A stretch of DNA of 64,000 nucleotides from Acidobacteriota bacterium (GCA_963666215.2 CAXWPL010000005.1:224001-288000), one strand, 5' to 3'. Counted from the first letter of the stretch, positions 1 to 10,687 are shown. Numbers and translations are program-made. The notes: generated by a model not told the origin, from the sequence alone.

Positions 1-728
1 GTCTGGATGCACAGCAGCACGTCGTGGGGCTCGGCATCGGTGCGCCGGAGGTAGTGGCAATCGTTGGTGCCCACAAGAGGCAACGAGAATTCCGACGCTA
101 GGCGCACCAGGTCTGGATTGATCCGGCGTTGCTCCTCGAGCCCCTGGTCCTGGAGCTCGATGTAGAAGTTGTCGCGCCCGAAGATGTCGACCATCTCGCC
201 GGTAACCGTTCGCGCCGCCGCGATGTCGCCGCCAACAAGGTGGGCGCAGATCTCGCTCGACAGGCAGCCGCTGGTTGCGATCAGGCCGTCGGAATACGCC
301 GCCAGCACCTCGCGATCGATCCGCGGGCGGTAGTAGAAGCCCTCGAGGTAGCCAATGCTCGAGAGTTTCATGAGGTTCCGATAACCGGCGTTGTTTCGCG
401 CCAAGAGCAACAGATGGCGCGAATGCTGGCCTTGCCGACCACGGTCGCGGGCGCTCCGCGAACCGGGGGCAATGTAGGCCTCCATGCCGATGATGGGCTT
501 GACGTTCCGCTTACGGGCTCGGCGATAGAACTGCACGGCGCCGAACATGTTCCCGTGGTCGGTCAACGCCACGGCGCCCATACCAAGATCCTCGCAGCGA
601 TCAATCAGCCCGTCGATGCGCGTGGCGCCGTCGAGCAGCGAGAAACTGCTGTGGTTGTGGAGGTGGACGAAGCCGTTCGACGGCTTTGTGCCCCCCGATC
701 GCCGTGCTCCTGCCTTCACCCCCGTCAT
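1..728 (-). CDS. dnaE: DNA polymerase III alpha subunit, N-terminal PHP domain (runs off the window edge)
   Basis: Not in the ORF track. Manual translation from ATG 728 gives ...FVHLHNHSSFSLLDGA...AVALTDHGNMFGAVQFY...KPIIGMEAY...FYYRPRID...TNDCHYL...HDVLLCIQT, the DnaE PHP motifs. Confidence 0.97.
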   Translation of the reverse strand, partial: MTGVKAGARRSGGTKPSNGFVHLHNHSSFSLLDGATRIDGLIDRCEDLGMGAVALTDHGNMFGAVQFYRRARKRNVKPIIGMEAYIAPGSRSARDRGRQGQHSRHLLLLARNNAGYRNLMKLSSIGYLEGFYYRPRIDREVLAAYSDGLIATSGCLSSEICAHLVGGDIAAARTVTGEMVDIFGRDNFYIELQDQGLEEQRRINPDLVRLASEFSLPLVGTNDCHYLRRTDAEPHDVLLCIQ

Positions 729-834
729 GATCGCTGCACTATAGCGGCTACCTGCCGAGCCGTCAGGCGACGTCTGCGTGTGTCCGCCGAGCAGGTGCGA
801 CAGCGTCACCTAACGGACGCTTACAATCGGCTCC

Positions 835-1443
835 ATGGAAGCGGCCGCAACAACCCGACCGAGTCGACCAGAGGCCCTCGTACTCGCCCTGTGGGCGCTG
901 GCGGCCGTCGTGTCGGCGGCGTGTGTTTCCGCCCCTCGACCGGCCGGCCCGACCACACTCGGCGGCCGAGCACCAGCGGCGCGCGTCGGCGAGACGGCGC
1001 CCGCGCTGGAGCGTATCGGGCACAGCGACGGTCCGCTCTTGCTGGAGAACGCGCAGCTGACATGGCTGCACGTCAGCGCCACCGGCGGCGCGTTCCGTTG
1101 GAAGTCGCGCCTCGTCAATCCGACTTCCACCCTCTTCGACGTGACGGTGGTCGTCGAGCTCCGCGATCGCGACGGCCGCATGCTCACGTCGACGAGCGCG
1201 GCGTATGTCCTCGGTGGCGGCGACCAGCGCTCGATCTTCGGAGAGGGAATGCTCGACCCCGAGGCTCTGGAGCGCGTAGCGACGTGGCGGATTGAGTACT
1301 GGATCGAGATGCCGCGCCAAGCGTCGGACCCTGGCGGCCAGATGGCGCCGCTCGCGGGGCGAGGAATCGCACCCAGCGGAGCTGGCGCGACCACACGATG
1401 GCTGGCGATGGCTACATCAGGCTCATCGGATCGACGTCGATAA
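835..1443 (+). CDS. Hypothetical exported protein or lipoprotein with a small beta-rich domain (FxLYD/YcfL-like)
   Basis: Hydrophobic N-terminal stretch ending VSAAC (lipobox-like), then LVNPTSTLFDVTVVVELRDRDGRML; TACAAT lies 7 nt before the ATG. The 3' end overlaps the priA end. Confidence 0.55.
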   Translation: MEAAATTRPSRPEALVLALWALAAVVSAACVSAPRPAGPTTLGGRAPAARVGETAPALERIGHSDGPLLLENAQLTWLHVSATGGAFRWKSRLVNPTSTLFDVTVVVELRDRDGRMLTSTSAAYVLGGGDQRSIFGEGMLDPEALERVATWRIEYWIEMPRQASDPGGQMAPLAGRGIAPSGAGATTRWLAMATSGSSDRRR

Positions 1444-4105
1444 CCAGTTCTCGAGGCACCTGCTTGCGGGTCGCCAGGAGCGCTCGAGCCTCTGCCAGCA
1501 CGCTCAGCAGCAGGCCTCGATCGCCTGCCTTGAGCAGCACCTGCATACGGTAGCGGCCACGCAATCGCGACAAGAGCGGGGCGGCCGGCCCCAGCACATC
1601 AACCGAAGAGGCTGCGTCGGACTTCGAGCTCACCTCGCGCAACGCCGCCGCCAAGCTCGCCGCTTCTTCGCGGACGCTCTCGAGAAGCGCGCCGCGACAC
1701 ACACACACCGCGATGCGACAGAAAGGTGGGTAGCGCAGGCTACGCCGGTACTCGATCTCGCGCGCGTAGAAGGCATGGTAGTCGTGCTCCAGCGCCGCCT
1801 CGATGGCGTAGTGGTCTGGCTGTAGGGCCTGCATCACCACCTGGCCACCGAGGTCGCTGCGACCGGTTCGACCGGCCATTTGTGTGAGCAGCTGGAACGT
1901 GCGCTCCGAGGAACGGAAGTCGGGAACCGATAGCGAGGCATCGGCGCCAACCACGCCCACCAGCGTCACTGCCGGAAAGTCATGCCCCTTGGCAAGCATC
2001 TGCGTTCCAACCAGGACGTCGATCTTGTGTGCGGCGAAATCGGCCAGAATCCGCGCGTGAGCACCGCGACCACGCGTCTCGTCGGCGTCGAAGCGACCAA
2101 CCCTCGCCGAGGGGAACGCCTTCTCGATGGCGCCCTGCAGCCGTTCGGTGCCAATCCCGAGATCGTGCATGTGCCGCGAGCCACAGGTCGGGCAGCTCCG
2201 CGGCAACCCTCGAGAATGGTCGCAGTAGTGGCAACGCAGCCGGCCCTCGCCACGGTGCAGCGTCAGCGTGACGGCACAGTCGGGACACTCGAGTCGCTCA
2301 CCGCAGGCTCGACACATGATCGAGCTGGCGAAACCGCGACGGTTGAGCAGCACCAGTACCTGCTCGCGGCGAGGTAGTCGCTCGCCGATCGCCTCCTCGA
2401 GTGTTTCCGACACCAGGGTGCGACCGTTGGCCAACCATTCGCTTCGCATGTCGACGAGCTCGACGCTGGGTAGTGGCCGTGCGCCGACACGTGCCGGCAT
2501 CTCCGCCAGGCGCTTGGCGCCGTGAGTGGCCCGGTAGTAGCTCTCGATCGCCGGGGTCGCAGAACCGAGCACGACGGCGGCACCTTCGAGTCGGGCGCGC
2601 CAAATCGCCACATCGCGCCCTTGATAGCGTGGCCGCTCTTCCTGCTTGTAGGCGCTGTCCTGCTCCTCGTCCACGACGATCAGGCCGACGTCGTCGAGCG
2701 GAGCAAACAGCGCCGAGCGCGGCCCGATGACAACGGCGGCCTCGCCTCGACGCGCCCGCCAGAACGCCTCGAGACGCTCACCGCCGGAAAGCCCGGAGTG
2801 CCAAACCGCTACGCGGTCGCCCAGAACCGCTCGAGCACGCCGCTCGAGCTGTGGCGTCAGCCCGATCTCGGGCACCAAGAGCAGTGCGGTACGTCCACGC
2901 GTAACGGCACCAGCCGCGGCGCGGAGATAGACCTCGGTCTTGCCGCTGCCTGTCACGCCATGCAGGAGGATCGGACGCGAGTCTCGGCACGTGATGGCTT
3001 CGCGAACCGTAACCAGGGCCGCGGCCTGGTCCGCGGTGAGCCGGAAGGTCCCGGCGCCGTCGCCGCTGCCCTCGTGCTGCGCGGTGCGCGGCCGCGGCCT
3101 CCGAAGACGCTCGACGAGCCCCTTGTCGACCAGGGCTCGCACGGTGGCGGGCGTCGTGCCGGCTCGCTCCACCGCTTCGGCCTCGTAAAGACCAGGCTGC
3201 AGTGCGCGGGGCCCGAGCCCAGGCTCGGCCAGAAGCTCGATCAGGCGACGCTGCGCGGGAGCGCGCTGCAGCGACTCAGCGACCGTCCTCGAATCCACGT
3301 GCGCAGCGAGTCGAATCGCTGCCACGAGGCGACCCGGCGGTGGGCCCGACCACTCGTCCTCGACGTCGACCCAGCCCCGCCGAGCCAGTTCGTACAGCTG
3401 TGCGACGCCGCCCGGCCGGCGCTTCGACAAGCGCGACGCCGATAGCCAGCGACCACGCTTGGCGCTGTCGCGACCCGCTTCAACCATGCTGCCGAGCTGC
3501 ACGAGAAGTTCGACTGCCCCCTCGCCGAGCGGTCTGTGCCTCGCGACTCTGGCATCCGGCCACGCACCGCCGGACACCGCCCCGTCGGTCAATCGGGCGC
3601 TGTCGGTGAGACTGGGCTGGGCGAGCTCCTGCAAGCCGGCCTCGGTGAGCCGCAGGCGCCGGCCCACCTGTGCATCGATCCGACCGGGAACCGCCAGCGG
3701 CAAGACCTCCCCCCATCCGGCCAGATAAACCTGTGCAACCTGTCGAGTCAGCGCCAGCACGGCGGGCGGCAGCAGTGCCTCTCTGTCGAGGCAATCGTGA
3801 ATGGCTCTGATGCGCGCGAAATCGAGGCCGTCGGCTGGCTCGTCGGCGATTTCGACGACGATACCGACCAGCTGTCTCCCGGAGAACGGCACCGAGACAC
3901 GCATTCCTGGCAGCAGCGGCCAATCGGCGGGAACGAGATAGTCGAACGTGCGCTCGATGGGCGCTGGCACGGCGACCCTGACGACACGGTCGGTGTTATC
4001 AGAAAGACCGGCAAGATCTGAAGAGTCCGGAGCATCGCCGCGATCGCGATCGTTCCGACCCGCCGAACCCGGAACCGTGTCGCCGAGGCGCAGCTGCCGC
4101 GGCAC
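1412..4105 (-). CDS. priA: Primosomal protein N' (replication restart helicase PriA)
   Basis: HGVTGSGKTEVY, VVDEEQ, LGSATP, LNRRG, four CxxC Zn-knuckles, GTQMLAKGHDF, C-terminal IDVDP. Confidence 0.98.
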   Translation of the reverse strand: MPRQLRLGDTVPGSAGRNDRDRGDAPDSSDLAGLSDNTDRVVRVAVPAPIERTFDYLVPADWPLLPGMRVSVPFSGRQLVGIVVEIADEPADGLDFARIRAIHDCLDREALLPPAVLALTRQVAQVYLAGWGEVLPLAVPGRIDAQVGRRLRLTEAGLQELAQPSLTDSARLTDGAVSGGAWPDARVARHRPLGEGAVELLVQLGSMVEAGRDSAKRGRWLSASRLSKRRPGGVAQLYELARRGWVDVEDEWSGPPPGRLVAAIRLAAHVDSRTVAESLQRAPAQRRLIELLAEPGLGPRALQPGLYEAEAVERAGTTPATVRALVDKGLVERLRRPRPRTAQHEGSGDGAGTFRLTADQAAALVTVREAITCRDSRPILLHGVTGSGKTEVYLRAAAGAVTRGRTALLLVPEIGLTPQLERRARAVLGDRVAVWHSGLSGGERLEAFWRARRGEAAVVIGPRSALFAPLDDVGLIVVDEEQDSAYKQEERPRYQGRDVAIWRARLEGAAVVLGSATPAIESYYRATHGAKRLAEMPARVGARPLPSVELVDMRSEWLANGRTLVSETLEEAIGERLPRREQVLVLLNRRGFASSIMCRACGERLECPDCAVTLTLHRGEGRLRCHYCDHSRGLPRSCPTCGSRHMHDLGIGTERLQGAIEKAFPSARVGRFDADETRGRGAHARILADFAAHKIDVLVGTQMLAKGHDFPAVTLVGVVGADASLSVPDFRSSERTFQLLTQMAGRTGRSDLGGQVVMQALQPDHYAIEAALEHDYHAFYAREIEYRRSLRYPPFCRIAVCVCRGALLESVREEAASLAAALREVSSKSDAASSVDVLGPAAPLLSRLRGRYRMQVLLKAGDRGLLLSVLAEARALLATRKQVPRELVIDVDPMSLM

Positions 4106-4107
4106 GC

Positions 4108-5598
4108 TCAGAGCGACTCGCGAGCATCGCTCGACTGGTCATCCCACGGATCGGCGCTCTCGTCCGCCCACAAAGCCTCGAAGCTGGCGCGCGGGCGAAC
4201 CACGGCGAATCGATCGCCCGAAACCCACACCTGCGCAGGTCGCGGTGTGGCGTTGTATTCGGAGGCCATCACGAAGCCGTAGGCCCCGGTATGGCAAACA
4301 GAAACCAGATCGCCCGCGGCGAGCTCCGGAAGCAGCTCACACTCGGCGAGCAGATCGCCCGCTTCGCAGAGCGGCCCGGCCAGCTGTGTTTCGATCTCGC
4401 CGCGGTGGGCCGCGCGATCGTCCGCCGAGCCCGCGCACCGAGTTGACAGCACACGGTGATGCGCACCGTAGAGCGCTGGACGCAGCAACGCGCTCATGCC
4501 GGCATCGCAGATTGCCAGTCGCCGGCCTTGCCGGTTGCGAACCCGCACGACACGCGTGGTGAGCAAGCCGCAGCGGGCCGCCACAGCGCGTCCGGGCTCG
4601 GTGATCAGGTCGCCGTCCCACTTCCGCAGAACCGGCTCGAGCGCACGTGCCAAATCGAGAGGCCGTGGTGCCTGTCCGGCGCCGCTCTCATCGACCGCAA
4701 GTCCGCCACCAAGATCGAGCGTGGTGACCGGTTGGCCGCGCTCGCGCAGCCGCAACGCGGCCGCCAGCGCGTACTGGGCCGCGGCCACAACCGGGCCGAG
4801 GTCGTGGAGCTGCGAGCCAATGTGCACGGCAACGCACGAAACGCGGAGGCCGTGCAGGCGCGCGGCGTCGCCCACAAGAGTCTCGACCTCGGCCGAGTCG
4901 AGGCCGAACTTGGTGTGGCGCGGGCCCGTCGCGATCGCCGGATGAGTGCGCGGGTCAAGGTCCGGATTGAGACGCAAGCCTACGGAGATCTCACGACGAT
5001 GCTTCACCTGGGCCGCCGCGATCGCAACCGCCTCGTCAACAGCCTCGATGTTGATCTGCGCAACGCCCAGTTCGATTGCCGCGTCGATATCGTCGTCCGA
5101 TTTGCCGGGCCCCGAATACACGACACGCCGAGGATCGCCGCCGGCCGCCAGGAGCCGCCGCAGCTCACCCACCGAGACGATGTCGAAACCGGCACCGAGT
5201 GTCGCCAGCTTGTGGAGAACGACGAGCGCATCATTGGCCTTGACGGCGAAGCAGGCGCGATGGCACGACTCGCCGAAGCCGATCGTTGCGAAGGCATCTC
5301 GCCAGGTGTCGAAGTCGCGCTCGAGGACGCGTTCGCTGTAGCTGTAGAATGGCGTGCCCACGCGCTCGGCAACCGCTGTGAGGTCGACGTCGTCCTGATA
5401 CAACTGAATCAGCGACGCCGAATCGGCTGCCCAAGTGCCGCGCGGCGGCCGGTACTTCAGTCCGAGCTCATCGAGCAGATTCAGACTCGCGTCGACCGCA
5501 GGGCCGCCCTCGGCGGAAGCAGGCGCCACGGCTGGCGCCGGCGACAAGGCCGCGGCCGTATCAGGCTTGACGGCTGTTGGCGGCGACAAGGCCCCCAT
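4108..5598 (-). CDS. lysA: Diaminopimelate decarboxylase
   Basis: GTPFYSY, FAVKAN (PLP lysine), FDIVSVGE, HIGSQ, LDLGGG, EPGR, GPLCEAGD, GAYG. Start uncertain; ATG 5598 chosen because the track start overlaps UDG. Confidence 0.93.
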   Translation of the reverse strand: MGALSPPTAVKPDTAAALSPAPAVAPASAEGGPAVDASLNLLDELGLKYRPPRGTWAADSASLIQLYQDDVDLTAVAERVGTPFYSYSERVLERDFDTWRDAFATIGFGESCHRACFAVKANDALVVLHKLATLGAGFDIVSVGELRRLLAAGGDPRRVVYSGPGKSDDDIDAAIELGVAQINIEAVDEAVAIAAAQVKHRREISVGLRLNPDLDPRTHPAIATGPRHTKFGLDSAEVETLVGDAARLHGLRVSCVAVHIGSQLHDLGPVVAAAQYALAAALRLRERGQPVTTLDLGGGLAVDESGAGQAPRPLDLARALEPVLRKWDGDLITEPGRAVAARCGLLTTRVVRVRNRQGRRLAICDAGMSALLRPALYGAHHRVLSTRCAGSADDRAAHRGEIETQLAGPLCEAGDLLAECELLPELAAGDLVSVCHTGAYGFVMASEYNATPRPAQVWVSGDRFAVVRPRASFEALWADESADPWDDQSSDARESL

Positions 5599-5669
5599 GG
5601 AAGCCCGTCGCAAGTTGCTCGACCTACATCGCATGGGGCGCTCTCGAGCGGTATGGCGTCCGCTGGCCG

Positions 5670-6509
5670 CTAGCCGTCGACCTCGAGCCGACGCATCACC
5701 TGTTGCATATCGTCCCACACCATACGCTTCGCTGACGGCGTCCGCAGCAAGTAGGCGGGGTGATACGTGCAGTACGTGGCGATCCCCTGCCAGTTGTGGA
5801 AACGTCCGCGCATGCGTGCAAGAGACTCTTCACGATCCATCACCGATCGCACGGCCACTCGGCCCAGCAGAACGATGACCCGCGGGCGAATCAGCGCCAC
5901 CTGGCGCAGCAGGAAGTGGCGACAAGAGGCGATTTCCTCGGCGCTCGGGTTGCGATTGTTCGGCGGTCGACATTTGGCGGCGTTGGCGATGTACACGTCC
6001 TCGCGACGAAGCCCCATCGCTTCGATGATGCGATTGAGCAGCTGGCCGGCTCGCCCAACGAACGGCTCCCCTTGCAGATCCTCGTCATGCCCGGGGGCCT
6101 CACCAATGAACATCAGGTCCGCGTTCGGGCTGCCGACACCAAACACAACCTTCGTGCGCTTCTCGCACAGCCGGCAGGAAGTGCAGCCGAGAGCCTCACG
6201 CTCGACCTGTCCGAGGTCGAGATCGTGACTGGCGGACCCACTGAGGTCGTGGTCGCTAGCGCCCATGTCGGGCGCGGCGACCGACTCGAACACATGTGGA
6301 ACTGGCGTGCTGACCGGCCCCGGCGAAACACCGGGATTCATCGATCGCGAGTCCGCGGAGTGCGGAGCCAGCGGAGGGGATGACACCGACGGCTGGGACC
6401 CAGTCTCAGTCGACACCCCAGGCGGCGATTCGAGGCCCCACACGCCATCTTCGGCGAGCTCCTCCAGATGCAGGGCGACCTGTCGTCGGAGTCGGTCGCT
6501 CGGGCTCAT
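5670..6509 (-). CDS. Uracil-DNA glycosylase family 4 (4Fe-4S)
   Basis: [39 protein letters not shown]. Confidence 0.95.
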   Translation of the reverse strand: MSPSDRLRRQVALHLEELAEDGVWGLESPPGVSTETGSQPSVSSPPLAPHSADSRSMNPGVSPGPVSTPVPHVFESVAAPDMGASDHDLSGSASHDLDLGQVEREALGCTSCRLCEKRTKVVFGVGSPNADLMFIGEAPGHDEDLQGEPFVGRAGQLLNRIIEAMGLRREDVYIANAAKCRPPNNRNPSAEEIASCRHFLLRQVALIRPRVIVLLGRVAVRSVMDREESLARMRGRFHNWQGIATYCTYHPAYLLRTPSAKRMVWDDMQQVMRRLEVDG

Positions 6510-7804
6510 CCGTTATCGCTCAAGAGCTGCCGCCGGATGGCGTCCCAGATCGCCACCGCCACCTCGCCCTTTGGCCGTTGCGAGACGCTTTCCCGGCTGC
6601 CATCGCGGCCCAAGATCACCACTTCGTTGTCGTCGGCTGCGATGCCCGAGCGGGCCAACGCGTCGCCCACTACCTGGTTGGCGACGATGAGATCGCACCC
6701 TTTGAGCCGCAGCTTGTCGAGGGCGCGCTTCTCCAGCGCTTCGCTCTCGGCTGCGAAGCCCACCAACAGCGGGCTTGCCGCGCCCGACTCGCGGCCACTC
6801 GCTTCCTCGGTGCCAGCGGCGCGGGCACCGCCCAGCTCGGCCAGGATGTCGACTGTCCGCTGCAACCGCAGCTGCAACGAGTCGGCACCGTTCTTCTTGA
6901 TCTTCTGCTCGCTGATCTCCGCCGGTGTGAAGTCGGCCACCGCGGCCGCCATCACGACAACAGCCGCGTCGGCCGCTTCGCGTAGAGTGGCGGTGCGCAT
7001 CTCGGCCGCAGACTCCACGGCGATCGCACGGACGCCACTCGGCGCCGCAAGGGTCCCGTGCGACCCTTGACCGAGCGACCCTGGCCCCGGTCCATGAACC
7101 AGAGTGACCGCGCCGCCGACCAGCCTCGCCTCGCGCGCCAGCGCGAACCCCATCTTGCCGCTCGACCGGTTGCTGAGAAACCGAATCGGATCAATCCGCT
7201 CGCGGGTCGGGCCCGCCGTAATCACCACCTTACGGCCGTCGAGCCAGCGCTGCGGCGAGCCACCCGCAAGCAGACGCCGCGCCGTCGCGACAATCTCGCC
7301 GGGCTCCGCCATCCTCCCCGGCCCCACACGCCCCGACGCCAGCGGGCCAGAGTTCGGCCCGACCGTGGTCACTCCTCGTTCCACGAGCCGGCGGAGATTC
7401 CGCTGCACCGCCGGGTGGCGGTACATGTCGTCCTCCATCGCCGGCGCGACCAGGGTCGGACCCCTGAACGCCAGGTGAAGAGTCGACGGAAAATCGTCGG
7501 CGATGCCGTGCGCCATGCGAGCCAGAAAATCGGCCGTGCAGGGCGCCACACACAGCAGATCACCCCACTCTGCCCAGCGAACGTGCGGCACCTCGTGTGG
7601 CGCCGGATGGTCGAACAGGTCGCTGACCACCGGCTCGCCGCTGAGAGCGGCGAAGGTGGTCGGGCCGACGAATTGGGTGGCTGCTCGGCTCATCGCCACC
7701 CGCACCACAGCGCCGTGGTCACGCAAGCGTCGCACCACTTCGCAGGCCTTGTAGCAGGCGATGCCACCGCTCACCGCCAACACAACGCGGGGCGAGCGGC
7801 TCAC
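6506..7804 (-). CDS. coaBC: Bifunctional phosphopantothenoylcysteine decarboxylase/ligase
   Basis: SGGIACYK, APAME, GRMAEP, ITAGPTRERIDPIRFLSNRSSGKMG, AAVADF, GFAAE. Start moved to GTG 7804 to avoid overlap with rpoZ. Confidence 0.96.
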   Translation of the reverse strand: MSRSPRVVLAVSGGIACYKACEVVRRLRDHGAVVRVAMSRAATQFVGPTTFAALSGEPVVSDLFDHPAPHEVPHVRWAEWGDLLCVAPCTADFLARMAHGIADDFPSTLHLAFRGPTLVAPAMEDDMYRHPAVQRNLRRLVERGVTTVGPNSGPLASGRVGPGRMAEPGEIVATARRLLAGGSPQRWLDGRKVVITAGPTRERIDPIRFLSNRSSGKMGFALAREARLVGGAVTLVHGPGPGSLGQGSHGTLAAPSGVRAIAVESAAEMRTATLREAADAAVVVMAAAVADFTPAEISEQKIKKNGADSLQLRLQRTVDILAELGGARAAGTEEASGRESGAASPLLVGFAAESEALEKRALDKLRLKGCDLIVANQVVGDALARSGIAADDNEVVILGRDGSRESVSQRPKGEVAVAIWDAIRRQLLSDNG

Positions 7805-7856
7805 GAGGGGTTCTCCCGGTCTCTTGCTCGTCGACGGCGCGGGACGGTCGTCTACC

Positions 7857-8237
7857 CTAGTCGGAATCGGAAGCGGCGCTGACGCCCGGTTCCGCCGGCG
7901 TCGCCCCCTTGGCGGCGTCCGGTTCGGCGACACCGACAGGTGCGGCGTCGGCTGCGGCCGCCGCCGCGATCAGCGGCGCTACCCCGAATGCCGCGGCGGA
8001 GAGTAGATCCTCCCTTTCGATGGCCTCGAACGTCTCGAGCTCCGGCGAGCCCACCTCGAGCACCTTCCAGGGCACCAGGCCGTCCGACACCTCTTGAACG
8101 GCCAGGATGGTGTACTTCCGCGCGCCGGTGTTGAGCTTGGGCGCGGCGCCGCGCATCAGCTGCAAGCAGCGTTGCGCGGCAACCTCCACAAACAGGTACT
8201 CGCTGGCCGGCTTCGTGCCGTCCGGTGCATCACTCAT
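7857..8237 (-). CDS. rpoZ: RNA polymerase omega subunit with Ala/acidic C-terminal tail
   Basis: SEYLFVEVAAQRCLQLMRGA...ILAVQEV; canonical gmk-rpoZ-coaBC synteny; ATG 8237 follows AGAGG. Confidence 0.85.
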   Translation of the reverse strand: MSDAPDGTKPASEYLFVEVAAQRCLQLMRGAAPKLNTGARKYTILAVQEVSDGLVPWKVLEVGSPELETFEAIEREDLLSAAAFGVAPLIAAAAAADAAPVGVAEPDAAKGATPAEPGVSAASDSD

Positions 8238-8310
8238 ATTGAACCTCTTCACTCTGGGCCGGCGCAGCTCGTCCGGCCAGTTCGAACCATTTCCTTGGTG
8301 GTTGTCGGGA

Positions 8311-9108
8311 CTAACCCGACTCGCGAGTGCCCATGCCCTTGGCATGTTCGGCGACACCAGCGTCGTACAGGCGATCTCCGGAGCCCGGAGCCGCCTCGAA
8401 CGAGCGTAAGATCGATTGTGCCAGCCCGACGCGACGAGCACGTCGGCTACGCTCCGCCCTAACGATACTCGCGAGCTCCTCCGTCGCCAATTCAATATCT
8501 TCGTTGACGACGATGTAGTCGTAGTGGACAAACTGTGAGATCTCGTCAACGGCGACGCGCAATCGCCGGCCGATTGTGACGCTGGTCGCCTTGTCGCTGG
8601 CATCGCGTCCAACCAACCAATCGCGTAGAGCACCGCTCGAGGGCGGCAGCACGAACACCGTCACCGCCTCCGACATCTCGCGGCGTAAGTTCGCGGCCCC
8701 CTGGACGTCGATCACGAGCAGCGCGTCGTGACCATTCGCCGCTCCTCCAAGCGTGTGAATGCGATCGAGCTCACTGCGTGGGGTGGCGTACAGATTGCCG
8801 TGCACTTCGGCCCACTCCAGGAAAGCACCGTCATCACGCCGACGCTCGAACTCGGCGCGATCGATAAAGAAATAGTCGATCGCGTCGCGCTCGTCATGAC
8901 GCGGCGCACGGGTGGTGCAGGAAATCGTACGCGTGAGCCGATCGACACGCTCGAGCAGACGCAGAGCCAAGGTGGTCTTACCGGCCCCGGAAGGCGCCGA
9001 CAGAACGAATGGGATTCGCGCGCTCGTCACGTCCTCGATCCGGTCGGACAGGCGTGGCGACTGTTGGCAGTGCGCTTCCCCGGTGGCGGTCTTGCTGGTC
9101 CCGCTCAC
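8311..9108 (-). CDS. gmk: Guanylate kinase
   Basis: LSAPSGAGKTT, SCTTRAPR, FLEWAEVHGNLY, IDVQGA, FVLPPS, YDYIVVN. Confidence 0.97.
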   Translation of the reverse strand: MSGTSKTATGEAHCQQSPRLSDRIEDVTSARIPFVLSAPSGAGKTTLALRLLERVDRLTRTISCTTRAPRHDERDAIDYFFIDRAEFERRRDDGAFLEWAEVHGNLYATPRSELDRIHTLGGAANGHDALLVIDVQGAANLRREMSEAVTVFVLPPSSGALRDWLVGRDASDKATSVTIGRRLRVAVDEISQFVHYDYIVVNEDIELATEELASIVRAERSRRARRVGLAQSILRSFEAAPGSGDRLYDAGVAEHAKGMGTRESG

Positions 9109-10013
9109 TCGAGATTCTGCACCTGCTCACGAACCCGTTCGAGCTCCGACTTGAGCTCGACAACAGTGTCGGCGATGACGGCGTCGCGCGCCTTCGAGCC
9201 AATCGTATTGAGCTCGCGATGGACCTCCTGGATGACGAATTCGAGCGTGCGACCGACGGATTCGTCGGAGCTCAACAGGCCGTCGAGCTTGGCGAGGTGC
9301 GACTGCAGTCGAACGATCTCCTCCGTGATGTCGGCCCGATCGGCGTAGAAAACAACTTCCTGTTGAAGCCGATCGGAATCGACCTCGCCGCCGCCGTCAC
9401 CCAACAGCTCGGCGATGCGCTCGGTCAGCTGGTCGCGCACACGCGGCACCATACCCGCAGCCGCCTGCTCGATGACACTCACGGCATCCGCCATCGTGGC
9501 GAGCCTCGTCCTCAGGTCGCCGGCCAGATGGACTCCTTCTGCCGCGCGGATCGCCTCGAGCCCATCGAGGGCCCGGGTCAGCGCCTCGTCGAGCAGCACG
9601 CCGACCGCCGCGCTTGCTTCATCGTCGCCGCTGGTAATCGCCGGCCGCACTCGACCCGACCCATCGGTAACAACACCGGGCAAAGTAACCAGCGTCGCGG
9701 CGTCGACTTCCTCCGGGATGTCGAGCGCGGCGGCCAGACGACGGATCTCGTCGAGATACTGCGAGGCGACGCTCGTGTCGATGCGTGCACCGTCATTGCT
9801 GGCCCCGTAGATGCTGACGGTGAGATCAACCTTCCCGCGGCGCACACGCTCCTGAATCGCGCGCTTGGAGCGGTCTTCGAAAGCCTGAAGATCGCTGGGG
9901 AAGCGCAGCGAGATATGGCAGAACCGGTGGTTGACCGTCCGCACCTCGACGGTGACCTGCGCCGTCCCGGAGGACGCCTCGCCTCGCCCGTGTCCACTCA
10001 TGCTCCTAACCAT
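9105..10013 (-). CDS. yicC: YicC/YloC family endoribonuclease
   Basis: MVRSMSGHG, VNHRF, DITEEIVRLQSH, RELNTIGSKA, REQVQNLE; upstream of gmk. Confidence 0.95.
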   Translation of the reverse strand: MVRSMSGHGRGEASSGTAQVTVEVRTVNHRFCHISLRFPSDLQAFEDRSKRAIQERVRRGKVDLTVSIYGASNDGARIDTSVASQYLDEIRRLAAALDIPEEVDAATLVTLPGVVTDGSGRVRPAITSGDDEASAAVGVLLDEALTRALDGLEAIRAAEGVHLAGDLRTRLATMADAVSVIEQAAAGMVPRVRDQLTERIAELLGDGGGEVDSDRLQQEVVFYADRADITEEIVRLQSHLAKLDGLLSSDESVGRTLEFVIQEVHRELNTIGSKARDAVIADTVVELKSELERVREQVQNLE

Positions 10014-10019
10014 CGTGCC

Positions 10020-10685
10020 TCATCGTAGCAGCATTCTCTCGGCTCTCTCGGTCAGCTCAACGAGGCGTCGCGTGAGCTCGCGACTGGCCTCCTGCAGGTC
10101 CTCCGGGGACGCGTGGCGCGCCACGCCGAGATGAGATCCATATACGAACAGGCCGCGCGACAGCGGCAGCGGAAAGCGCATGCGATCCCAGGTGCGCAGC
10201 CGCAGGCTCGGTCGCGACGCGTAAGCCACCGGCAACAGGGGCCGCCCGCTGGCACGTCCCAGCCACACCGCGCCGGCCTGAGCGACCTCGGCCGGCCCGC
10301 GTGGCCCGTCTGGCGTGATGGCCAGGTCCCTACCCTCACGAATCGCGCGGAGCAATACGCGTGCGGCAATCGCGCCGCCGCGCGAGGAGGACCCGCGCAC
10401 CACCTCGCAACGCAGTCGCGAGAACAAACGCGCGGTGATCTCGCCGTCGTCGGAGCGCGAGATCGGAACAACTGTCGGGGGCCGTAGCTGCATCCACGGC
10501 ATCATCGCCAGCTGCGAGTGCCAAAAGCAGTAGATCACAGGGCCGCCGTCAGTCGGCAGCGCGGCCTCATCGCCGCAACGACGCAATCGTGACGTCGCGC
10601 GAACGATACGTAGCCAGCCTCCTCCCGCTCGTGGGGCCAGAGCCAGCAGCGCTCGGCGTCGCAAGCCGGGGCGTTCCGCCGTCAA
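10020..10685 (-). CDS. DUF374 acyltransferase-fold protein (LpxJ-like lipid A acyltransferase)
   Basis: FWHSQL, ISRSDDGE, RGSSSRGG, ITPDGPRGP, WDRMRFPLP; directly downstream of lpxB-msbA. Confidence 0.85.
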   Translation of the reverse strand: MTAERPGLRRRALLALAPRAGGGWLRIVRATSRLRRCGDEAALPTDGGPVIYCFWHSQLAMMPWMQLRPPTVVPISRSDDGEITARLFSRLRCEVVRGSSSRGGAIAARVLLRAIREGRDLAITPDGPRGPAEVAQAGAVWLGRASGRPLLPVAYASRPSLRLRTWDRMRFPLPLSRGLFVYGSHLGVARHASPEDLQEASRELTRRLVELTERAERMLLR

Positions 10686-10687
10686 GG

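Noticed and set aside
129-1295. 388-aa plus-strand ORF
   Set aside because: Largely the antisense shadow of dnaE, which the track missed because its stop lies outside the window.
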